Translations under genes and position numbers: made by a program
Notes under the pieces: model-generated
The model's input: the letters and a program-made list of their open reading frames with translations, nothing else
Databases searched by the model: none
What the model was told of the DNA's origin: nothing
From: Amoebidium appalachense
Taxonomy: Eukaryota; Protista; Ichthyosporea
Direction of reading: 5' to 3'
DNA length: 64,000 bases
NCBI GenBank assembly: GCA_963693365.1
Contig: CAVNZM010000001.1
Location: 18,462,783 to 18,526,782 of the forward strand
Shown here: positions 13,836 to 24,878 of the stretch, piece by piece
Layout of the letters: each line of letters starts with the position of its first letter
Position numbering within the stretch: the first letter of the stretch is position 1

Positions 13836-15258
13836 AATCCCAATCCCCCCACCCCCTCCCCCCACACACACATACACACATTCTTCGCCTCCTTTTTCAT
13901 TATGTCTTCGGTTCTGGGCATATGTTCTCACCTGGCTTCTTGGTGGGTGTGTAATGGTGTGCCTGTGCTTCATGTGTTGTTGACGGTGGATGTGTGTGGA
14001 TGTGATCGGATGTGGCCCGGGCAGGGGGAGGAATGAGGGTTGTCTACGTGTGAGTGTGTCGATTCAACTGTGTGGTAATATGTAAGATGCATGCGTTGTG
14101 TCTTCGAGTACTATGATTATAATGTAAAGGGAAGGGTGTGTGTGTGTGTGTGTGTGTGTTTGGAGGCCGGGGGGGGGGGGGGGGGGGGGGGGGAGGGGGG
14201 GGGATGGGAGTGGGGAAGGGGGAGGGGGAGGGGGGAGGCGGGGAGGCAAAATGAGGACAACGGTTCTCTTACAGCAACAATACCCACCTTCGACGAGTGC
14301 ACCCTTGGGGGTTAGAACTTTCTCTTACTAAGATAAAGCTCGTATAACTCTACAGGACAAAACGTGCCCAAGGATGTGATAGAGCAACTGCGCAAGCTCA
14401 GGAGTGACCGGTGGTGCATCGAACAGAACTACAAGGTGCCCCTGCTGCAGAGGGGGGCCACCCAGCATACATGCGCAATTTCATTTTGAATGATTTCTCG
14501 CTCGATTTCACCTACACCTATCTGGGTGATGTGGATCTGTTGGTTGTGCCGGAGAAGGTAATACCTCCCCCCCCCCCCCCCCCCCCCCCTCCCCCCCTTT
14601 CCACCCCCTTCCCCTGCCCTCCCCCCCCCCCCCCCCCCCACCCCCCTCGGGCCATCACGCACACACACCTTACACACATCAAAGATTAAAGGGGTCAAGG
14701 AAAAGGAAAAACAAAGAAGATCTTAAAGGCATGCATATTGCAAGATCACTGTGATGTCCACAATGATGCTTGTGCTCCATACGGCATAAATCATTCGTCT
14801 TCAGAACCAGCAAATTAACGAAGTTTTCTCTACAGCGGTGATTGAAATCTTTCAGGATCTACAACAAGCATAATATATTAGAATGGGAAAGATTTTTCGA
14901 TTCCCCTTCTGCTTACTGCTTCACCTTAAATGTCTGCACGACTGCTCCAAGAAGGAGAGAGTTCAGGGGAGGGGGGAGGGAGGGGGTGAGGAGGGAGGGG
15001 GGTTGGAGGGGGGAGCTTGAATGTGCGATACTGGACGACACAGTGTTGTTTAATATGCTTGGAAGTTTTGTGCATACAAAAAGAAGATCGCTGCTCTGGC
15101 CGAGCCGGTGAAGGATGTACCCACTGATTCTTTGCACATCCCTGCATGCATGCACGAACACAAAGCATACCCACCACACACAGCGACACATACACACCCC
15201 TACACACACACACACGGACTCACACGTGCGCACGTGCGCACCCACCCACCCACCCACC

Positions 15259-15335
<77 letters not shown>

Positions 15336-15754
15336 ACGCACCCACGCACCCACGCACCTACCCACACACCCACCCCCCCCCCCCCCACCCATCCACTCAC
15401 CCACCCACCCACCCCCTCACACACCCACGTACAGCCCACGCTTGTTGAGGCGCACGTAGAGCACATGCACAAGATGGGGCTAGTCTACAGCAACGTAGAC
15501 CGCTATGTGCTGGGTGCAAGGGACCGGTTTGAGCCACGAAAAAGATGCACAAAGCCTGACTGCCACCGCCTTACAGGTATCATCCTAGCTCTTTATTCGT
15601 ATTGCTTTTTTTGCAGCCCTTTTTTTATTATCACCTTTTTTTAAAATTAGCATTTATTGCTATTATTTGCATGCTGTGTTTCTTGCAGTCTTTTATCAAT
15701 TTTTATTTATTTATTTACTATTGTTATGGTTGTTTGCATGTTTCGCTTTTTACT

Positions 15755-15805
<51 letters not shown>

Positions 15806-16537
15806 AAAAGGGTTTCCTCTCCAGCTTGAGTGCGACTTATTGGTGTTGTTGGCGATGTTTGTTCCAGTACCGCTCGTTTCAAAATCTCCATCCCCCCCCC
15901 CCCCCCCCCCCCCACTTTTTCTTTTTGTTTTTTCCCCTGTCTCACCTGGCACATGTGTTGTAATGGCGCAGGTTTGCATTTTGTTGAAACGCGTCCATAT
16001 GTGGAAGCAACACGCAACGCCACACAGGAGATGGAGGGGTGGCTGCTGCAGATGGGGGGCAAGGATGTGTGCGAGAAAAAGCTCAGCGTGCGCTTTATGC
16101 CATTCTGTGACGAGGTATGTATTGTTACATGGTGCACGCATTGGCCCGCTCTATATGTACGACACTTGACGATGCGTGTGTGTGTTGGGCGTACTGGTAG
16201 GTTCAGAATCGCCTTGTGAGTAGATTGCAGATTATGTTTTGATGTGTGAAATGTATGTAAGAAGGTGACAGCTCCGTCTGTTGGTGTACTTTTGCACTAC
16301 CCTGTCATGATGACGTGGAAAACGAAAGGTGAATGTGCACCGAACACACACAGACACGCGCACACCCACCCACCCACCGACTCACCTACCCACCCACCTA
16401 TCCTCCTCCCCTCCCTCCCCCCAACACACACACACACACACACATTCACCCCGACACCCACCCACCCACTCACCCACCCACCCACCCACCCACCCACACA
16501 CGCACACCCCTCCCCCCCTCCCCCCCACCCCTCCCCG

Positions 16538-16584
<47 letters not shown>

Positions 16585-18155
16585 CGCCCCCCGCCCCCCA
16601 GCCCCCCCCCCCCACCACCACACACACACACACACACTGACACAAACGTGGTGCAGGTTATGCTTTACCAGATCGTGAAGAGAAGTGGGCTTGGGCTACC
16701 CGAGCGAAAGGAGGATTGGTACCGCCCACACCACGGGCTTCACCTTAGTATGTACCTCAAGAGGAAGACGGAGGAGACCACCTATGTGCGCAAGATAATT
16801 GAGGTGGGTAAAGACGTACTAAGAAATAAGGCACACACACGCAAACAACCACTTAGGCAACCAAAAATTCACGCGTGTTCACATGCACACCTGCTCTTGT
16901 ACAAGCTCACCAGACACCCATGTGCATGCCTATGTGTGCATGCCTGGCCCACAAAGGGATATATAACGTGTATAGTGCAGTAGCCGTTCTCAGACACGTA
17001 CACAAACATGCCCGGCCTTGATGCAGTAGTCTGACACTCAGGAAAATTTAGCACTTCACTTTTGTGCCTCCCCCTCCCCCCCCGCAATTGATGACTTGGG
17101 CCCTCCCTGAGGATGGGCTCTGCTTATGACGCATACTGTGCGCATGGCTATGTTGCATACTTGAATGTTTGCCTTTGCATGTGTCCTTCGTGTATGCGTA
17201 CTTCGTACCGTGTTCCGCATTCAAATCCCCCCAGTCTTCTTTCAGAGGTGTCCTTTCAGGACAGACCACTGTGTGGAGACCGCTTTACTTCCATGCAACC
17301 GGGCACGGTTGCTCTGTGTCGTGCATCTGTGAGCACATATACATTTTCCGCTGCACTGCATTAGTTTGCACACACATATTCACCGTTTTGCTCACCTTGC
17401 TTGCATAAGCAACCCTGCTCGTCTTTGATCAAGACGGGTTGACCCTCCCAAGTTCAGTTGATGCTGCTGTCTGAGTTGGAGAGTCGTATATACGCGGGCT
17501 AAGGGGTCGAAACTCAGACGCAATTGATGACTTGGGGCCTCCCTGAAGATGGGCTCTGCTTATCACACATACTGTGCGCATGGCTGATGTTGCATACTTG
17601 AATGTTTGCCTTTGCATGTGTCCTTGTGTATGCGTACTTCGTACCGTGTTCCGCATTCAACCCCCCCCCCCCCCCCCCCCCCCCCCTTCCTGCTCTGTAT
17701 TATTGCACACACACACACATCGTGAGCAGACACAAATGTACAAACACACACATTTCACACGATTCCAGTCCCTTCTCCCTGCTGGTAAAAAACATATAAG
17801 CATTAAAGATGACCGAGCACATGCACGCCCTTTTTGTTGGGGATGAGCTTGGAGTTCTCTCAGAGCGGGAAGAAGGGGAGGCAGAGAGGGGGGAGGAGGG
17901 AGTGGGGAGGGATGGGCGGGTGTGTGTGTGTGTGTGTGTGTGAAGAGGGAGCTGGGGAGGAGACTCGGGGGAGGGGGGGGGAGGGGGGGGGGATTCTCAC
18001 ACGGAGCAGAGGGATTTTATCCAAACACATGATTACGGCACAGGCACTGACTCGGTGCTCGACAGATGTTTGGCAACGACAAAGACCAGGCCACTACTCT
18101 GGCATTCTACCAGGGGGTCAAGTACGTCCCCTCCCCCTTTAAAAAAAAAAAAAAA

Positions 18156-18195
<40 letters not shown>

Positions 18196-18652
18196 AGAAG
18201 GGAAAAAGATAAGAAAAACCAAAGAAAACCTCGCCAATAACCTCAGAGGCACACACACACGCACGCACGCACACACGCACGCACGCGCGGACGCACACAC
18301 ACACGCACACACGCACGTACGCACACCGCACGCACACATGCACACACACAAGAACGCACACACACACAAGAACGCACACACACACACACACGCACACACA
18401 CACACACACACATCTTCTCTCTCTCGCTCTCCGATTCTCTCTCGCCCTACCTTTCTCCACCTCTCGGTGCCTCTTTCTCTCGGTATCCTTTTCTGCGTAT
18501 CCGTCTTAGTATTTTACTCGTTGAAAATTTGCCTTCGTACTGTGACACAAACCCCCCGCCCCCCCAACCCCCCCCCCCCCCGCCACCCCCTCCCCCCCCC
18601 CCCCCCCCCCCCTTTCCCATCCTAACCCAAGTCTTGTGTTATCAACTACCCC

Positions 18653-18683
<31 letters not shown>

Positions 18684-19032
18684 AAAGCAGCACCCGTCCA
18701 CCTCTACACCTCTGCACGACTGCTTCAGTCACGCATTATAACTCGTTCCCTTCCCTGCCAGTAGCTCATATAATCAGCTCGGGTCGAGTCACCATCATCG
18801 ACCCTGCTATATACACCGTACACAACCCGATTCGTTTAAACAATACAATGCGTAGAGTACTGACCTATGTCTACCTATCAGGGGGGGCAATGTGGGCAAC
18901 TCCATAGGGGCCATGTATGCGGCAGAGGGGCGAAAGGCGGAGTGGAAGGAGCCGGTGAGGGATTTGAAGAGGAGGGCCATGGTTTATCTCAAGGCACAGA
19001 GGCTTGTCAGGAGGAGGGACGTGGACGGGTAG
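11373..19032 (+). CDS. Type II membrane protein with Ser/Thr/Glu-rich stem and a C-terminal DxD-motif putative glycosyltransferase domain, 8 exons; one apparent -1 frameshift in exon 3
   Basis: Exons 11373-11477 ([15 protein letters not shown]), 11896-12607, 14356-14557 ([10 protein letters not shown]), 15435-15576 ([16 protein letters not shown]), 15972-16114 (LHFV..CDE), 16657-16803 ([16 protein letters not shown]), 18066-18121, 18882-19032. All junctions are GT-AG, and phases fit if one base is added in exon 3. Function is inferred. Confidence 0.7.
13585..13746 (+). mobile_element. Poly-C-associated element, subfamily A, 5'-truncated
   Basis: GTCGAAACTCGGG..CCTGAGGATGGGCTCTGCTTATTATGC..GACGCATTCAA followed by (C)n; poly-C on both sides. 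Confidence 0.85.
17083..17225 (+). mobile_element. Poly-C-associated element, subfamily B, short copy
   Basis: GCAATTGATGACTTGGG..CTGAGGATGGGCTCTGCTTATGACGC..CCGCATTCAAA followed by a C-run. Confidence 0.85.
17283..17660 (+). mobile_element. Poly-C-associated element, subfamily B, long copy (may start near 17233)
   Basis: Nearly identical to 41842-42237; ends CCGCATTCAA + (C)n; directly follows the short copy. Confidence 0.88.
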
Positions 19033-19295
19033 GTTTTTTTTTTGTTTTTTTTTGCGTAAATGATTGTTGTTCAAGTGGTGGTGGCCTGCACATGGTCAAT
19101 CGATACTTTTAAAATTTCTTGTGATTGCGGCGGTTGAATATAGAATTTTTTTTGGATTTACGATCAGGAAAATATGCAGGTTTTTGGTTTGTAAATAGTG
19201 TTGTGAAACTGAGAAACAGACGCTGGTGGGTTTAGGAAAGCTTTAAGCTGATAGTTGTGTCGCGGTTTGCTGCACCGGTCCCCCCCCCCCCCCCT

Positions 19296-19341
<46 letters not shown>

Positions 19342-19788
19342 AGGGGGTGGTGATGGGGGGACTACTGGGGAAGCACGAAAAATGTAGGTTTGGCCGTTAC
19401 GATATACCATTAACTCTTTCCTAACTTATGATGTTTAGGCAACTTCATATCTATAGTCACGCAAAAGTGCATGAATGATATGGAAGTGTCGCATATAATT
19501 TCCATATAGAAGTAGGATATATATAGTTCGAGGTGTACGAAAGAGCATACAGCGAACGAACACACTTGTATAGCAGATTTCCTTGAGAGGTATAACCCAG
19601 TATTCTAGCATGTACGCCAAAGTCCGAAACATAACGGTTTTATTTACTATCTTTGCTCAGTATATATCATGTTAGCACTTTGTTGTACAGCTATGTATGA
19701 GCACACAGAAATAGAAAACTGTGTGTATTTGAAGAAATAAAAACTGCATATATATTTATTATTTACTGGCTACTCAAAATAGCATGTG

Positions 19789-19821
<33 letters not shown>

Positions 19822-20159
19822 CCATTGCAACCACCACCACCAACACCACCACCGGGTCTTGCTCTCGTGTTTTTAAGTTCAGGGATAAAGATTGTCACAA
19901 GTGACTTGAATATGGGATTTCCCAGACAAGGCAAGACTAACGTGGAGTATGTGGGTTCGTGGTTTTGTGCACCTCTGTGGAGTGGTGGTGGTGAAGGGGG
20001 GCCCCGGGGAGGGGGGTGGGGGGTGGGGGGTGGGGGAGGGTAAGCATAGCATGCGAAGATAGACATGTAGATAGAACGAGATTCGTTAAGAAGCATACAT
20101 TCATGACGTAATATAAATGCAGATGCTCGAGTTCTAAAAGAAAAATACGGTTAGCCCAT

Positions 20160-20182
20160 TCTAAAATTTTTTTCTTTCTTTC

Positions 20183-20254
<72 letters not shown>

Positions 20255-20341
20255 GGGTGGGGGGGAAGGGGAGGGGGGGGGGGGGGGGGGAGGGTTGTTG
20301 TTGTTTTTGGGGTGTGTGTGTGTGTGTTTGGTGGTGGTGGT

Positions 20342-20377
<36 letters not shown>

Positions 20378-20896
20378 ACGCAATGGGGGGAGGGGAGGGA
20401 GCATCGATCAGAAAAATATGTGAACGGGTAACGAGGATGAAAGGGGCTGTAGTGAACCAGAACATTTATTCGATGTTTGAAAATTCACTTGGTTGCTTTG
20501 TACCGAGAACATGACAGGCCAAGGGGGGAGAGAGGAGGGGGGGGAGAGGAAATGGCTGGTACAGGAATAGAAAGCGCGAACCCCCCTCCCCCCCCCCCCC
20601 CCCCCCCTTTCCCTCCCCTCTCCCCCCTTCCCTGCGCTCCCCTAGAGAGCGAGAGTGAGAGTGCGAGAGAGAGAGAGAGAGGGGAGGGGGGGGGGGGGGG
20701 GGGAGAGAGAGAGAGGAGAGAGAAAGAGAGGGTGTGTAAGTGTTGGGGGGGGGGGGGGGGAGAGAGAGAGAGAGAGAAAGAGATGAGAGAGAGTGGGTGT
20801 GTGTATGTGTACACGTGTGTGTGTGGGGGGGGGGGGGGGAGGGGGGCGGGGGAGTGTGTGTGTGTGTGTGTGTTGGGGGGGGGGGGGAGGTGGCGC

Positions 20897-20976
<80 letters not shown>

Positions 20977-20992
20977 GGGAGACGTAGAGAGG

Positions 20993-21057
<65 letters not shown>

Positions 21058-21245
21058 GTAGGTGAGGAGAGAGAGGCGGAGAGAGAGAGCAGAGAGAGAG
21101 GAAGAAATGGAGGGAAGGAGGGAAAGAGGGCGGAATAAGGGGATATGAGGAAAGGGGACTCTCCCCCCACAGGGAAGAGGAGGGAGGGAGAAGGAGGCAA
21201 GGAGAGGAAGGAGGGGAGAGGGAGGGGGGAGGGGGGAGGGAGAGC
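20160..21245. repeat. Compound low-complexity block: (G)n, (TG)n, (GA)n
   Basis: Directly visible. Similar blocks at about 3150-3800, 22990-23760, 30250-31880 and in most introns. Confidence 0.9.
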
Positions 21246-21415
21246 CGGGTTGGCCTGCAGAGTGCAAAGTTTGCAACTCTTTCAAAGTTTCGTGTCTGCT
21301 CTACTGAGCTGTTCGAGTCGTTGTCAGGGTTCGAAGTTACGAAAAAAATCGGAATTTCCGATATTTGAAAACACAGTTCCGAAAATCGTCCCGGCCGAAT
21401 CGGAACGCCGGAGAG

Positions 21416-21446
<31 letters not shown>

Positions 21447-22181
21447 CCCCAGCCCCCAGGGAGAAGCTTCTCATGACTTCGCAGGTCTCATCATACACGG
21501 GGCATACACCACCCACACAAGCTGCACACGTACGTACGTGTCTCCCTGTCCCTGTAGAATGTTCAATGGCAGACCCTGACCAGAGCGCCATGGCCAGCCT
21601 AGCACATGTACATGTTGTCACACCAAACACATTTATGCACACACCCACGCGCGCGCACACACACACACACACACAGACACACACACACACATTTAAACAC
21701 ACACAGCCGTGACACCACATATGCATCATAGCCATGCATGGCCACATGAACATACAATGCATATGCCTGCGCATGCATATTATACACCTAAATACTGATA
21801 CAATACATATTACCTTCCTGTAGAACTGGTCTTTCTCTAGCTGATGGTATTATTGATCAATTACCACGCTTTTACTGTACACGTGCTATACAGTGGAGAT
21901 CTTAATAAGTATAAGGTGGCATCATTTGCATGCCCAAACAACACACACACACACCAGTTTAACCGGTCATGTATCGCCAAATGTAGTTTGATAGACCACA
22001 TAATACCGCAACACACACACGTCACATTCACAACAGACACCCAGAAAGATAGCCTACCTGTAAATTACAACATCCTTGATTTTATACTAAACACGCGTAA
22101 CTACGACCTGTTTATTAGATGTATTGATTGGCTTGAGAAACACATCACTACAAAATTATAGCGCACGCGCACACACACACA

Positions 22182-22220
<39 letters not shown>

Positions 22221-22252
22221 CCAGCTGATACCGAGTGTCCCAAGGGGAGCCC

Positions 22253-22299
<47 letters not shown>

Positions 22300-22300
<1 letters not shown>

Positions 22301-22495
22301 GGGGAACCCCAACTAATTGATTTCTCCTTGTAGTCTTTATGGTGTCTCGTAGAGAAAGTAAACCCTGATATATAGTCACCACCCGACATCTATGTACGTG
22401 ATCATGATATACCGCTGAGGGGATATTCCGAGCAAAACCCCCCCCCATACCTGAGACTGGTTCTCTTTGCCTCGAGTAAACAGCGTAAACCCCCA
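22300..22495. repeat. ~200-bp direct repeat, copy 1 (preceded by an A-tract)
   Basis: Identical to 24590-24788 except for the length of an internal C-run. Confidence 0.9.
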
Positions 22496-22638
22496 TATTA
22501 TATAGGCCACGGCCTCCACTTCAATACTTCCCCCCCCCCAGAAATTTAAATCGAACCCCACCCCCCCCCTCCTCCGCTGCCCACCGTTCCCTCCACCAGT
22601 GCTGCCCCTCCTTCTCCCCCCACCGCCGCTCCGGCCTC

Positions 22639-22669
<31 letters not shown>

Positions 22670-23367
22670 TTACTAGTACTCCCCCCCCCCCCCCCCCCCC
22701 CCCCCGCCCCCCCCCCTCCCCCCCAGGAAGGCCTAAACATGGAATGGATCTAGATGCTCAGAGTCGACGGCCACCAGGTGCAGGTGCCACGTGTATCAAC
22801 GATCAGTGGCACGCGTCTTAAATGGCAGGCAATACACACACTGTGCACCACTGTATTCCGTTCAAAGACACACATGCACCCCACATACACAGCCACACAT
22901 GTGACCTAGGCTAGTACACGTGCACAGGCACATACTATCTCAGATCATGATAACTGTATTTCAAACGTGCACATGCATCCACCCTGTACAATCACATGCT
23001 ATGCACCCACCCACCCACCCACCCACAAACACACACACACACGCACACACACACACACACACTTACACTGCACGTGTACACACACCATGTACACGGCGCA
23101 AGCACACACACCCCGTGGCACACACATGTACACACACACACACAAACACACACGCACACACAAGAAACCGTTGGTACAAACACACACACCCACACTAGCA
23201 TGTACACACACATACACAGACACACACACCCTGCATACATACACACCACACTGCACACACACACACATACATACACACACTGTAGTACATACATACACAC
23301 ACACCATAACTGTTGACACAAAACACACACACACATGCACACAATGTCATGCACACACACACACACA

Positions 23368-23410
<43 letters not shown>

Positions 23411-23839
23411 ACATGTGCACCACATGCACACAACATAGACACACACACACCGATTACCGCTGACACAAATACACACACCCACACCTGTACACATACACAC
23501 AGCCCACACCGTGCATACATACCCACCACACACACACACACACACAATTGCAAAGAAAAATACTCACACACACACAAACACAAACACAACCACCCAACGT
23601 GATTTTCTTTCCCGGGGCCCCTTCCCCCCCCCCCCCCGCCCCCTCCCCCCCCCCAAACATTCGATTTCTGCCTGAGCTTCCCATGTTGCTGCCTCAACTC
23701 ACTCCCCCCCCCCCCCCCCCCCCCCCCCCCCATGGCCCCCCCCTCCCTCCCTCCCCTCCCCTCCCCCAGAATTTTTAAATAAAAACAAGGGACACTACTT
23801 GACGGTTACTAGGTGCTGGTGTGTTGTCAGAGATCCAAT

Positions 23840-24220
23840 TTATTTGAAAGGGTTGGCAATATGCACATTGTGCACCCTGTTCCAGTCAAAAGCCAGGAAA
23901 TCTGCCAGAGCCTTCTTTTGGGCTGCTGCCTCGGCCACCTGGGCCTTTTCCAGCTGCTCCTTGGCCCCTTCTACAGTCAACCCTTTCAGTTTGGCCTCTT
24001 TAACTAATTTCTTAGCCATTTCTTTCTGAAACTTAAGCTCAGCTTTCACGTGCTTCACATCTGCCTCTATATCCGGCCCATTCATGGCTATCATGAGCTG
24101 ATTGTGCACTGTCTGTGTTGTCATACGTGCTTTGAGAGAAGTCTTAATGATATTCACACCAGAGAAGCCACGTTCACTTGTTGCATTACTAATTGGGATT
24201 ATTCTCACAATGTTAACCAA
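23840..24220 (-). pseudogene. hAT transposase C-terminal dimerisation-domain remnant (ZNF862-like)
   Basis: IIPISNATSERGFSGVNIIKTSLKARMTTQTVHNQLMIAMNGP fits the hAT dimerisation consensus (P.S.A..ER.FS....IKT..R). Truncated 5' at a ~41-bp tandem duplication (about 24186-24271). Confidence 0.75.
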
Positions 24221-24589
24221 CTCAAGTTACTAATTGGGATTATTCTCACACTTGATGTTAACCAACTCAAGTACAAGTACTCAAGTTTACTGATGCGCAA
24301 CGATTACGATTTTTGGTGGGCCTGCTCAGACGGAGCATTCCAATTTTCGAAGAGGTTTTCCGAAACGGGATTTCGACTTCCGTTAATGGGCTCCACCGTC
24401 CTTCGAACCCTGGTCGTTGTCACAAGTTACCACAACTTGTGCATTCCACTGACATAACAACCAATCAACATCCAGTGCAAGTAGCTTGATATGGTAACTG
24501 CCTTTTCACTTTTATCCAACGGAATGATTGGCCTTGCGCTCATGGTGTCCTGGCCAGGCGGCGCCGTTTCCAGAAAAAAAAAAAAAAAA

Positions 24590-24788
24590 CGGGGAACCCC
24601 AACTAATTGATTTCTCCTTGTAGTCTTTATGGTGTCTCGTAGAGAAAGTAAACCCTGATATATAGTCACCACCCGACATCTATGTACGTGATCATGATAT
24701 ACCGCTGAGGGGATATTCCGAGCAAAACCCCCCCCCCCCATACCTGAGACTGGTTCTCTTTGCCTCGAGTAAACAGCGTAAACCCCCA
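24590..24788. repeat. ~200-bp direct repeat, copy 2 (preceded by an A-tract)
   Basis: Identical to 22300-22495 except for C-run length; ends about 50 bp upstream of the CISD TATA box. Confidence 0.9.
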
Positions 24789-24878
24789 ATTTTTCCTCTG
24801 TTCGTTTTGTCAGAAGGTTCAAGTGTAAACAAGGGGCTATATAACCAGACAACTTGCACTTTTTTTTGCACAGTCAAA

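Noticed and set aside
20515-21257. CAGGCCAA / TTGGCCTG as TIRs around a GA-rich block
   Set aside because: Only 8 bp and no target-site duplication.
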